Assembly (NCBI GenBank): GCA_965198115.1
Contig: OZ240241.1
Span: 2,720,001-2,784,000, forward strand
Length of the DNA: 64,000 nucleotides
Direction: 5' to 3'
DNA from: Candidatus Latescibacterota bacterium
GTDB taxonomy: Bacteria > Latescibacterota > UBA2968
The number at the start of each line of letters is the position of its first letter. Position 1 is the first letter of the stretch. The position numbers and the translations under genes were made by a program. Under the pieces are notes generated by a model. That model ran no database searches and was not told where the DNA came from. It worked only from the letters and a program-made list of their open reading frames with translations. Below, one piece after another: positions 52,921-63,772 of the stretch.

Positions 52921-53241
52921 ATGATCTGGGCTCTTGGCGCCGTTGTCTGCTGCTCCCTGATCTATCTTTACATCATCATGATGAAGTACAGCCGCTTCAT
53001 CGAGGGGTCGCAGCCAAAAATCAAGCAGCTCGAAGAGCGAAACGGGAAGCTCTACGACGCCATATCGAACGAAACCAAGCTGTCCAGACAGGCTAAGGAG
53101 ATGTGCGAGGAAGCGCGTGTGTCCATCTCGAACATCAAAATGGACATCTCGAACATCGAACGCCAGATTACGAACGCAAAGAGTGTAGAAGAGCAGCTCG
53201 AAATGAAGAGCTACAAGAAACAATTCAACCGGGACAAGTAA
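52921..53241 (+). CDS. Small TM-anchored coiled-coil protein
   Basis: N-terminal TM helix, then heptad-rich charged region. Confidence 0.65.
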   Translation: MIWALGAVVCCSLIYLYIIMMKYSRFIEGSQPKIKQLEERNGKLYDAISNETKLSRQAKEMCEEARVSISNIKMDISNIERQITNAKSVEEQLEMKSYKKQFNRDK

Positions 53242-53248
53242 ACCCGCC

Positions 53249-53533
53249 ATGTTTCTCGAAGTTGCTACACTGATCCTGCTCGCCCTGGTCCTGCTCTCCA
53301 AGTGGTGGACTTCCAGACATACACAAAAGTTGAGTCTCGAGCTGACTGAGTTGGAAACCACGCATTCGAAGCTTCAATCCGACCATTCCGCCCTCTACTC
53401 ACAGCGCCAGTCTGCGGAAGCTCAGCTGAAAGATCTAGAAGTAGAAAAGACGAAAACCGAGGAGCAGCTCGAGGAACTGAAGGACGACCTGGACGATCAG
53501 CTCGACAGGAACGAGGACCTCGACGATAGATAA
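53249..53533 (+). CDS. Small TM-anchored coiled-coil protein
   Basis: N-terminal TM helix, then Leu heptads and an acidic end. Starts 7 bp after the previous gene. Confidence 0.65.
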   Translation: MFLEVATLILLALVLLSKWWTSRHTQKLSLELTELETTHSKLQSDHSALYSQRQSAEAQLKDLEVEKTKTEEQLEELKDDLDDQLDRNEDLDDR

Positions 53534-53562
53534 GCCTCCTACAATCAGAAGGTGCAGAAAGA

Positions 53563-53606
53563 AAGCCGGCCGATGCGTAAATCTACGCTCGGCCGGCTTC
53601 ACTTTT
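53563..53606. terminator. Hairpin/terminator between convergent genes
   Basis: AAGCCGGCCGA...TCGGCCGGCTT stem followed by CACTTTT. Confidence 0.6.
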
Positions 53607-53938
53607 TACCCAATCCTGTTTTCGCTCACCCTCGTAGATCGCTCCAGATGTCACCTGGATCGGTACATTCAACCGATTCGACGGAGCCGTCTCTCAGAAC
53701 ATCGAGATACGGCAGCTCTGCGTGGAAATTCGAGTAGGGCCCCCACATGACCGCCTTTTGGGTGTCCGTCATACCGTCGATCACTTCGTCCTCCCAGTAG
53801 GATTCCGGTGCCGCAAGGTTTTCAGCGATACCCGAACGCGTCGATGAGCGGGACGTGTATTTGTAGAGGACAGATCGACGCTGGTGCGCCGCCTGCCACG
53901 GAAACGTACCGTGCGTTTGGGCACCATCCATAAAAAAA

Positions 53939-55358
53939 GGCTCTATCCGGGTTTCTCAACGGTGAAACTATAGAATGACAAGGTCATAGATCGTTCCCTA
54001 CGCTTGGTTGTGTGTGTAGGACAATCAAAGCGAAGGGGGTGCGACCTATGACCGGGAGCAGATTACTATCGAAACTGCTGAGATTCAAGGGGTTCCGTGT
54101 TGTCAGCTGGTGGTTTGAGGGGAGAAGCTGCTTCGTCATCGCCGTAAAGCCACATAAGAATGGTTGTTGTTGTCCGGAGTGCGGCCGTCGAGGTAAAATC
54201 GTCCGCACAATGCCCCATCCGCGTCGGTGGCGTGACATTCCGGTGTGCGGGTGGAGGGTCTGGCTTCTCTACCATCCTCGGGAGATTCGGTGTCCTACCC
54301 ACGGTCGTGTGGTCGAGGAGATTCCGTGGGCGGAGCGGTTCTCTCGGGTGACGTATCGCTTCGAGTATGCCATGCTGCGCTACTGCCAGACCATGACGCA
54401 GAAGGCGGCGTCCGAGTTACTGCGCATCTCTGCCTCGACGCTGTCGGATCTCCTTCACCGATCCATCACGCGGCTTCGTGAAGGTCATCGTATCCGAGGG
54501 CTCAAAACCATCGGGATCGACGAGATCTCCTACGCCAAGCGTCACAGGTACGCCACGCTCGTTTACGATCTGGACCGCTCCTGCGTGGTGTGGGTTGGCC
54601 GCGGCAGGGCGCGTAAAACGATCGATCGGTTCTTCACAGAGGCTCTCAGTCCCTACCGGAGATCCAAGATCGAGTGGGCCTGCTGCGACATGAGCGAAGC
54701 TTACATCGGAGCCATCCAGGAACACTGTCCGAATGCCAAGCTGGTCCTCGATCGCTTTCACATCGTCAAGGCTCTCAATGCCGCCGTTGACGAGGTCCGT
54801 AAGGACCAGTGGCGTGAAGCTGCCCCGGATGAGCGCAAAGCCATGAAGGGCCTCCGATGGCTCCTCTACCGGCACTCAGCGACACGCTCCAGAGGGGATA
54901 CTCGGACACTCAAAGCACTGGAGAAGGCGAACTACCGAATCTATAGAGCCTGGAGACTCAAGGACGAGTTCGAGCAGTTCTGGGAATACAAAGCGCCCTG
55001 GGCTGCCGAACGCTTCCTGAAATGCTGGACGACGTCCGCACTCAGAAGTCGACTTGAACCCCTGCGAAAGTTCGTCAGGACCCTGCGACAGCACTTCTTC
55101 GGCGTCCTCGCATTCGTGAACACGCGTCTTACCAACGCCATCGCCGAAGGCCTCAACCGAATCGTCCAAATCGTCAAGAACCGAGCCAGCGGATTCCGCA
55201 CACTCGACGCATTCAACGATATGATCTTCCTTACCGTCGGAGACATAAACATCCCTGAGCAGATTCCGAAGAGGTTCCGCACACTCTAACCGCGCCCCCA
55301 TGCCAGGAACCACGGCACCTTCACCCACTTCAGCTCGTTGAGAGATCCGGATATAGCC
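53939..55358 (+). mobile_element. ISL3 copy 4 (transposase 54012-55289)
   Basis: Full IRs. First unit of a head-to-tail dimer. Confidence 0.96.
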
Positions 55359-55367
55359 TAAAAAAAA

Positions 55368-56787
55368 GGCTCTATCCGGGTTTCTCAACGGTGAAACTAT
55401 AGAATGACAAGGTCATAGATCGTTCCCTACGCTTGGTTGTGTGTGTAGGACAATCAAAGCGAAGGGGGTGCGACCTATGACCGGGAGCAGATTACTATCG
55501 AAACTGCTGAGATTCAAGGGGTTCCGTGTTGTCAGCTGGTGGTTTGAGGGGAGAAGCTGCTTCGTCATCGCCGTAAAGCCACATAAGAATGGTTGTTGTT
55601 GTCCGGAGTGCGGCCGTCGAGGTAAAATCGTCCGCACAATGCCCCATCCGCGTCGGTGGCGTGACATTCCGGTGTGCGGGTGGAGGGTCTGGCTTCTCTA
55701 CCATCCTCGGGAGATTCGGTGTCCTACCCACGGTCGTGTGGTCGAGGAGATTCCGTGGGCGGAGCGGTTCTCTCGGGTGACGTATCGCTTCGAGTATGCC
55801 ATGCTGCGCTACTGCCAGACCATGACGCAGAAGGCGGCGTCCGAGTTACTGCGCATCTCTGCCTCGACGCTGTCGGATCTCCTTCACCGATCCATCACGC
55901 GGCTTCGTGAAGGTCATCGTATCCGAGGGCTCAAAACCATCGGGATCGACGAGATCTCCTACGCCAAGCGTCACAGGTACGCCACGCTCGTTTACGATCT
56001 GGACCGCTCCTGCGTGGTGTGGGTTGGCCGCGGCAGGGCGCGTAAAACGATCGATCGGTTCTTCACAGAGGCTCTCAGTCCCTACCGGAGATCCAAGATC
56101 GAGTGGGCCTGCTGCGACATGAGCGAAGCTTACATCGGAGCCATCCAGGAACACTGTCCGAATGCCAAGCTGGTCCTCGATCGCTTTCACATCGTCAAGG
56201 CTCTCAATGCCGCCGTTGACGAGGTCCGTAAGGACCAGTGGCGTGAAGCTGCCCCGGATGAGCGCAAAGCCATGAAGGGCCTCCGATGGCTCCTCTACCG
56301 GCACTCAGCGACACGCTCCAGAGGGGATACTCGGACACTCAAAGCACTGGAGAAGGCGAACTACCGAATCTATAGAGCCTGGAGACTCAAGGACGAGTTC
56401 GAGCAGTTCTGGGAATACAAAGCGCCCTGGGCTGCCGAACGCTTCCTGAAATGCTGGACGACGTCCGCACTCAGAAGTCGACTTGAACCCCTGCGAAAGT
56501 TCGTCAGGACCCTGCGACAGCACTTCTTCGGCGTCCTCGCATTCGTGAACACGCGTCTTACCAACGCCATCGCCGAAGGCCTCAACCGAATCGTCCAAAT
56601 CGTCAAGAACCGAGCCAGCGGATTCCGCACACTCGACGCATTCAACGATATGATCTTCCTTACCGTCGGAGACATAAACATCCCTGAGCAGATTCCGAAG
56701 AGGTTCCGCACACTCTAACCGCGCCCCCATGCCAGGAACCACGGCACCTTCACCCACTTCATCTCGTTGAGAGATCCGGATATAGCC
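55368..56787 (+). mobile_element. ISL3 copy 5 (transposase 55441-56718)
   Basis: Full IRs. Separated from copy 4 by TAAAAAAAA. Confidence 0.96.
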
Positions 56788-57492
56788 ATAAAAAAGATCA
56801 CATCCCCGGCTTTCACCTCCGCTTGTCGCACTGCAAACTTATGGTCGCGGAAATATTTCAGGTCGTCGGGCATGTGATAATTGGACTTATGGCTGCCCGT
56901 TACATAAGCAAACCCGCCATCACCCAGCCTGGCGTCGGCGAACTGCCAGGACACGGTCACACCACCACAGAATGAGCGACTACTTTGATGATGATAGGCG
57001 ACATAGGGTTTATGCCGGTTTCCAGACCCGTGGAGCCGCAGCCCCTCGACACCGCGCGTGTGGGCGAGCAGTTCTGGCCCGTGATCCAGGCGGAACCCCC
57101 TCCCACACATCTCGATCAGCCTCGTCACGACCGCGGGATGGATGAGCATCTTTCTGAATGGTGTCGAAAGCGGCTCCGGAATCTGAAGGAAAAACGGATA
57201 CGCGTTGTCCGTCCTCACAACCTTTCCCTGGAATACCTTGCGTTTGCCACCATCCGAGTTGTCGAGCCCTTCCCGTAACAACTGCTTGGAATACGCCTCG
57301 ATCGCCTCGTTGGCTTCCCGCACCTCTTCCGTCGTAAGCACGTCCCGCACCACGAGGTAGCCTGTCAGGTCCCAGAAGTACCGCTCTTTCTTGTCCATCA
57401 CGACCATCCTTCAAACATTGTTCGAGTATTCATCACTCTCTGATTCTGGGATCTCTTGGTTCCCAGTCCTGATTCCCCCGAAACGGTAGTCC

Positions 57493-58359
57493 TCACCAGG
57501 ATTCTGCCCCCAACAGCTTCTTCCCGAGCTCTGTGAGCTCTGCGCGTTCCCCCCGCTTCTGCTCCCATCCCCGCGGGTCACCTGGCCAACGCGGCGTCGG
57601 GCGGCATTCTCGCCAGGCCGATACGCGTTCCTCACGTGCCGCCTCATTCTCGAAATTTGCCGGACTCATCGTAATGTACTGCGCAAGTCGCGGACGGTCG
57701 GTGCTGTTTCGACCGTTGCCGTGGGCCAGCAGTCGATGCCAGATCAGCAGGTCTCCAGCCTTGCCGGATATCGCTTCGACGGTCAGGCCGTTCAAATCGG
57801 GTTGACGCGTGTTGCGATCTTGGGGCTGGGACTTCACCCACTCATCGAACATGCGGTGGAACCCGGGCACGCACTGGAATCCGCCCTGATCTTCACTCGT
57901 GTCGGTCAGATAGAGAACCCCCTGAACACCGAATGGAATCTGATTCTGCGATGTGTCGACGTCCCAATGAATCATGCCCGGATGGTCCCACTCAGGCATA
58001 TCATCACGTGCGGGAGGCTTCATGTTCGCTCGATCCAGGCTGACCCAGAGCCTGTCCTCCCCGAGGATCTCCCGAAACGCCTCGTAGACACGGGGACACT
58101 GTCTGTTGTCCCACAGTGCCTGCTGTTGATACACCTCCACCATCCCCGCCAGTGAAATAGGGGAGGGCGGCTCACCGTCACGTCCACGGGGCGGATGGTG
58201 ATACCACTGCTCCGGATCCTCCCCATCCACCTGGAGGAAGTCCCAGATTGTTCGGACCATCGCCTCCAGATTTTCTTCTGGAACGGCACGCGGGACGATC
58301 ACATACCCGTTCTGTTCCCAGAATGCACGATCCCCATCACTCAGAACGGCCATGCGCAT
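57493..58359 (-). CDS. Phytanoyl-CoA dioxygenase family protein
   Basis: FWEQNGYV, IHWD, QGVLYL, GGFQCVPGFH and LAHGNG motifs. Confidence 0.88.
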   Translation of the reverse strand: MRMAVLSDGDRAFWEQNGYVIVPRAVPEENLEAMVRTIWDFLQVDGEDPEQWYHHPPRGRDGEPPSPISLAGMVEVYQQQALWDNRQCPRVYEAFREILGEDRLWVSLDRANMKPPARDDMPEWDHPGMIHWDVDTSQNQIPFGVQGVLYLTDTSEDQGGFQCVPGFHRMFDEWVKSQPQDRNTRQPDLNGLTVEAISGKAGDLLIWHRLLAHGNGRNSTDRPRLAQYITMSPANFENEAAREERVSAWRECRPTPRWPGDPRGWEQKRGERAELTELGKKLLGAESW

Positions 58360-58383
58360 CCTCGATCTTCGATTCTACAGGCT

Positions 58384-59370
58384 CTATGGCACGAAAACTT
58401 CGTTCACGTCGCTGGGCTCGAACCCTTCTCCGACCCCTCCCCCGATCACATAGATTCGATCTTCAAAACCGATAGCGGCCATCGCTTGTCGAGGCGTAGG
58501 CATCGGAGAAGGCAGGATATCCCACTCATCCCGCCCCGAGTTGTAGCGCCAAACCTCGGGGCGCACTTCCACCGCGGAGGGAAAGCCCACAGGGGATCCA
58601 CCGAACAGGTAAATACGAGAACCCAGGGACACCGCAGCCAGACCACTCAACGGCACTGGCATGGGGCCGGCCGAGTGCCACCGGTTCGTAGCGGGGTCGT
58701 AGACCTCAACAACATTCAGGGCAATGTCATCCCCGTTTCGTCCCCCAAACGTGTAGATCAAGCCTTCGTGCGCGGTCGCTGCCAGGCGGTCTCGTGCTGT
58801 TGGCATGGGAGCGAGGCTCGCCCACTCGCCGGCCACCGGGTCAAAGGCCTCGTTCAGGTTCGTTTTCCCAAGGGCCAGGTTTCCGCCCCCGATGGCGTAG
58901 ACCAAGCCCCCGAGCCCCACGACAGTGTGGGCCCCCCGAGCCGTGGGCATCCGACGTCCCGAGGACCAGGATTCCTCCAAAGCATTGTAGATGAAGACAC
59001 GCGAGCTGGCGTCGCCGCTCCCCGTGAATCCCCCCGTCACGTAGAGTCGATTGCCCACGACAGCGCCACCCGCGTGTTCACGGCCACGCGGGATGGGCGT
59101 TCCGGCCACCCAGACGTCGGTATTCGGATCGTAGATACTCACATCCCGGATCACCGCCCGGTCGCTGAAAGTCCGTCCCAGACCGCCGATCAGGAAGATG
59201 GAACCGCCCAGGGCAACGCCTAGCAAGTTTTGGCGGCTGGAAGACAGGCGGGAGGCCACCAACCAGACATTGCCTCCAGAACCAACAGGGTCTGGAACCG
59301 GACCACAGCCGGGCGACAAGAGCAAGGGAACCATCAGCGTGCAACAAGCAAGTACTCGGATCACCGTCAC
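58384..59370 (-). CDS. Kelch-repeat lipoprotein
   Basis: Signal peptide with SPG-C lipobox. Six LY..GG...YDP...W repeats. Confidence 0.85.
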   Translation of the reverse strand: MTVIRVLACCTLMVPLLLSPGCGPVPDPVGSGGNVWLVASRLSSSRQNLLGVALGGSIFLIGGLGRTFSDRAVIRDVSIYDPNTDVWVAGTPIPRGREHAGGAVVGNRLYVTGGFTGSGDASSRVFIYNALEESWSSGRRMPTARGAHTVVGLGGLVYAIGGGNLALGKTNLNEAFDPVAGEWASLAPMPTARDRLAATAHEGLIYTFGGRNGDDIALNVVEVYDPATNRWHSAGPMPVPLSGLAAVSLGSRIYLFGGSPVGFPSAVEVRPEVWRYNSGRDEWDILPSPMPTPRQAMAAIGFEDRIYVIGGGVGEGFEPSDVNEVFVP

Positions 59371-59647
59371 CCCTCTTCTACGCCTGTCCCCCACCACCAT
59401 CCCGGTCAACGAAAACGGGGGTGCGGCCTCGCCGTTGTGTCCCCCCCGGTGGTGATGCCAGCTGCTCCGGCAGCCACATCGAAAAGCGGGACCTACCGAT
59501 CGACGATTTTTCTGGCCCCGCAAGAGTTACGACCACCCCGAGCACGAGGCCCGGACCGCCGAGTCGATTCGCCAGACGATCGAACACATCCGCACAACCC
59601 AACCCGACGACGTCTGAGTGATGGCATCGATCTTCGATCCTCAATAT

Positions 59648-60639
59648 CTACGGTAGGTAGACCTCGTTCGCCCGGCTTGGATGAAACCCGACCTCGTCGC
59701 CCCCGCCGATCAGGAAGATACGATCCTCCAGCAGCACGGCCGCCATGCCGTGTCGCGGCGTTGGCATCGCAGAGGGCGAGAGTTCCCATTCGTCTCCCCC
59801 CGGATCGTATCGCCAGACCTCCGCACGCAATTCGGGCGTGAAGCCCGTCGTAGTTCCTCCGAACACGTAAATAAAGTGGCCGAGGGAAACCGCCGACGGC
59901 GCCCTGAGGGGCAGAGGCATGGGGCTGGCCGAACGCCAGTGGTCAGCGCGAACGTCGTAGATCTCGACCACGTCGACCGCGGTATCCTTACGGGCTCCGC
60001 CGAAAGCGTAAATGCTCCCCTCGTGCGCGGCCGCCGCCAAAAGGTTGCGTGGGGTTGGAAGCGGCGAAAGTACCGCCCATTGGCCCGTCGATGGGTCATA
60101 CCGCTCGTTGGCCGCCCTGTCGCCCGCCTCGGCATCCCAGCCGCCAATCGCGTAGATCGATCCCCCGTGCACGACCGCGGCCAGCGCGCCGCGCGGGGTC
60201 GGAAGGCTGGCCCCCTCGGTCCAGGAATCTTCGGTGGGATCGTAGACATACACCGTCGAACTCGTGCGACCCATCCTCGTGAAGCCGCCCAACGCATAGA
60301 GCCGATGGTCCACAACCACGCCGGCCAGGTGACGCCGGGCGCTCGGGATGGGCATGCCCGGACCCCAGACGTCCGTTCCAGGATCGTAGACGCTGACATC
60401 GCGGAGAGTGGACCTATCGCCGAGTGATCTCCGTAGCCACCGATCAGAAAGATGAGGTCGTTCAGGGTAGTCGCGGCAAGATTCTGACGTCGGAACGAAA
60501 TGGGAGACCGTAGGACCCACTCGCCGCCTGGATCCCCAGGCCCGGTCACTGCCCCTGAGCGCTTCGGTAACGGGCCGCACGCACCCATTGCCAAGGCTAA
60601 CGCGATCGGAGCTCGAAGCAGGTAAGGGGCACAGAACAC
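59648..60639 (-). pseudogene. Kelch-repeat lipoprotein paralogue, frameshifted near 60430
   Basis: Lipobox MGAC and the first blade are in one frame, the remaining blades in another. Colinear with the 58384 gene. Confidence 0.83.
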
Positions 60640-60642
60640 GGC

Positions 60643-61720
60643 TCAGTCCGTTCGCTTCAATCCGCCGACGAATCCCCTGTTGTGTGGCTTGAGGCTCGCA
60701 TCGGTCCCGAGCGAATAATGCTTGCTCATGTCCGGCGAAAAGCGTCGAGCCGGCGCGTCCTTGCCCATCACTTCGGCAATCGCCCGAACGTGATGCGGCG
60801 CCCCCCTACAGCAGACACCCTGATACCGAATGCCAGCGTCGAGCGCGATCTTTGCCACTTCCGCCACCTCGAATCTGTTACACGTGAACGGATCGAGCGC
60901 GATCGGGAATGGACGATCTTCCGGTATGACCGTGCAATCCGTATCGGCGAGGGCCTGGAAAACCGGCATGTCGGGTGACGTCCGATACGGTACGGGTAGC
61001 ATCGCGACTTCACACGACACAGCCTCGCGCACTCGGAGGGCAATCGGCAGCATCGTAACGGGACCTCGCGTGCAGTTCAGACCAACAACCGGCGGCCCCA
61101 TTGTCCTCGAGTCCCTTCGCCGCATCCACGATCGTCGTGTCGTCCCTCAGGATGTGCTCATCGTGACAGGCGAGCGTGACAACCGGCGTCAGATCGGCAC
61201 GTTTGATCGCCTCCAGTGCCGCCAGCGCCTCATCATAGTAGTAAAGCGTCTCTGCGATCATGAAATCCACACCGGCATCCGCCGCCCAGGCAATCTGCTC
61301 TTCGAACATGGGTACGACGACAGCCGCGGAGCCTTCAGGATCGGCAGGATCCCAAACGTTCGTATTGCAGATGTTGCCGGCCACCAGGGGACGCTCGCCG
61401 CCCAATTCAGCTGCCTCGGCCGCAGACTCCTTCGCCAGCGACAGAGTCTGTTGTTGCATCGGCTGGAGCAAATCCTCCTTGCCGATCAGCCTCAGCTTCT
61501 CCCGATGCGCGTAGTAGGTCAGCGCCTCGACGACATCGGAGCCTGCTCGGATAAACTCTCGGTGCAGCTGCTTGACCGCATCTGGAAACTCGATCACCAC
61601 CTCCGGAACGAACGCACCTGCCTGCATGTAGCCGCGCCGCTCCAGCTCGAAAAGGTAGCCCTCCGCACAGATGGCTCCACCATCCGCCAGTCGTGTCATC
61701 AGATCTCGACAGTCGCTCAA
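60643..61720 (-). pseudogene. Homocysteine S-methyltransferase (BHMT-like), frameshifted near 61090
   Basis: EGYLFELERRGY, EFIRAG and AET motifs, then VVGLNC and GVCC in the second frame. Confidence 0.87.
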
Positions 61721-61772
61721 CGAGTCACTCCTTCAATCCTACAGGAAACGAGTTTACGAAGTCGACGGCGCC

Positions 61773-63770
61773 TCAACCGTGGTCGCGTGGAATCGACCGA
61801 GTCCACGATCGTTCGAATAGAGTACGTGAATCCTCAGTCACACGCAGCTGATTTTCAACGTGGAAGTTGTGCGCATCTGCCGTCATGCGACTCCATACGC
61901 GGACCGCCACATCCCACCTCTCGCGTCCTATATCGATATCCCGCGTGCTGATGGTCTCGGCCGAGAACGGATCGTGAGGTGCGATTCGATAGACATCCTC
62001 CGCACGTTCGGCATACTCCAGGCCGTTCATCAGGCGGAAGGTTCCGATGTCGGTGGTAGATCGCGTTTCGGTCTTTTCTCCACGGCTCACCACGCGTCCA
62101 CGGGAGCTCTCCTGCAACGTGATGCGTTCGATGGGCGCCGAAACCTCCGCTTCCGGAAACGTGCGTGGCAATAGAGTCTGGCCCGTCGGCAACTGGAGCG
62201 AGCTGGCCGACAGATCGATTTCGAGCCTGGGCGTTCCGGGTGGGGGCCAGGCGAACGGCCAGCAGGTCGAAGAAATCGACAAGCGCCATCGGTGGCTCGG
62301 CAGAATCCGATACGCGATCGCCATGAGCTGCATCTGAATGTCAAACGGTTCTCCGGGCACGATCGGCGAAGGATGCTCGTGAGAGTCCCGGTGTGTCAGG
62401 TTGAGGAAGCCCCACGACACGAGTGAAGACGTGCCGTCCGGCCCTACATCGCACAAGCGGGCACAGACGAGAGCGGTCGGTGAGTCCGACACGAGCCGGA
62501 GACGCAGGACGGGAAACCCGAGCACGACCATCGGGTCGGCCTGGGGCGAAGCGTCGTAGGAGAGGGTACGAGCGTCATCAAAAGCCTGGTCTTCCGCGAA
62601 ATCCTCGATCGCCCCGTAGGAACACCAGTTTCCCATGAGGGAACCCACATCCTGGTCCGTTTGGACGACCTCGGAGCCGGTAGAGACCCTCGATCCGAGA
62701 GTGCGCTCTCCGTCGCTACGGGTGGGATAAAGCACGGCTGCCTCGTGATCGGACGGCCAGTCGACGTCGTACCAGCCTCCGGGAAAAGTCTTTCCGTGTT
62801 TGTGGAACGGCTCTCCATCCTGAACCCAGACCGACAGAGCTGGGCCCTCCGTGATGCCTGTCTCTTCGCCCTTCAGGCACCAATCCCACCATCTCAGGCT
62901 CTCCTGCAGAAACCCAATCGCAGGCCCTGGCAACCCTTCCTCGGGAAAGTTGTGTGCCCACGATCCGATCATCCCCTTGCGGGGGCACGTCAAACGCTCG
63001 AGCAGACGGAAGACGGCGTCCGTGTAGGCGTCCGCCCAACCTCCGACCGCGTAGACCGGGCACGTGATGGAGGCATAGTCCTCGCAAACGGACCCCTGCT
63101 GCCAATAGGCGTCGCGACGCTGGTGTGAAAGCCACCGCTCGACCGACGGTTCCATGGACTCCAAACGCTCGAGCCACTGATCGCGCCAGCCTTCCCCGAC
63201 GACTTCCGGATCGGGGGGACGCGCGTCGTAGGCCAACATCGTCGAGCTCCAGTAAAGCATCTTCTCCGCCAGGGCGCACCCACCCCTGTAATGAACGTCG
63301 TCGGAGTACCGATCATCGGTCGAACAGAGTGTGATGATACCTCCCAATTCGGGCGGCCTGTGGGAGGCGACCTGGAGAGAGTTGAACCCGCCCCACGACT
63401 TACCGAACATGCCCACACGCCCCGTTGACCACGGCTGTGCGGCGATCCAGCTCAGCACCTCCAGGCAATCGGACTGCTCTTGTGGAAGATACTCGTCAGC
63501 CAGAAAGCCGTCCGAGTCCCCGCATCCTCGCATGTCCACCCGAATAGAGACGTATCCGTGACCCGCAAACCACGGATGTCGAAGCGCGTCGCGCACGACC
63601 GTCCCGTCGTTCTTGCGATACGGCAGGTATTCCAGCAGTGCGGGTACCGGATTCTGTTCGGCATCCTGCGGCAACCAGATCCGAGCGGCCAACCGGGTCC
63701 CATCCTCCAGGGGAATCCAGATGTGCTCGATCGTGCGGATCGTTCGGGGAAAGTCGTGACGTATGTTCAT
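61773..63770 (-). CDS. CocE/NonD-family hydrolase with PepX-type C-terminal domain
   Basis: YLPYRK, GKSWGG, GGWAD and GSWAH motifs. Confidence 0.9.
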   Translation of the reverse strand: MNIRHDFPRTIRTIEHIWIPLEDGTRLAARIWLPQDAEQNPVPALLEYLPYRKNDGTVVRDALRHPWFAGHGYVSIRVDMRGCGDSDGFLADEYLPQEQSDCLEVLSWIAAQPWSTGRVGMFGKSWGGFNSLQVASHRPPELGGIITLCSTDDRYSDDVHYRGGCALAEKMLYWSSTMLAYDARPPDPEVVGEGWRDQWLERLESMEPSVERWLSHQRRDAYWQQGSVCEDYASITCPVYAVGGWADAYTDAVFRLLERLTCPRKGMIGSWAHNFPEEGLPGPAIGFLQESLRWWDWCLKGEETGITEGPALSVWVQDGEPFHKHGKTFPGGWYDVDWPSDHEAAVLYPTRSDGERTLGSRVSTGSEVVQTDQDVGSLMGNWCSYGAIEDFAEDQAFDDARTLSYDASPQADPMVVLGFPVLRLRLVSDSPTALVCARLCDVGPDGTSSLVSWGFLNLTHRDSHEHPSPIVPGEPFDIQMQLMAIAYRILPSHRWRLSISSTCWPFAWPPPGTPRLEIDLSASSLQLPTGQTLLPRTFPEAEVSAPIERITLQESSRGRVVSRGEKTETRSTTDIGTFRLMNGLEYAERAEDVYRIAPHDPFSAETISTRDIDIGRERWDVAVRVWSRMTADAHNFHVENQLRVTEDSRTLFERSWTRSIPRDHG

Positions 63771-63772
63771 CG

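Larger units (their letters stand above)
53626..57407 (-). pseudogene. Phytanoyl-CoA dioxygenase family gene interrupted by a tandem ISL3 dimer
   Basis: 5' part ends ...KAGDVIFFM and the 3' part resumes DGAQTHGTFPW...RRSVLYKY. Confidence 0.88.

Noticed and set aside
55338-55390. Hybrid promoter at the ISL3 dimer junction
   Set aside because: TTGAGA in IRR has no convincing -10 box at 16-18 bp spacing.
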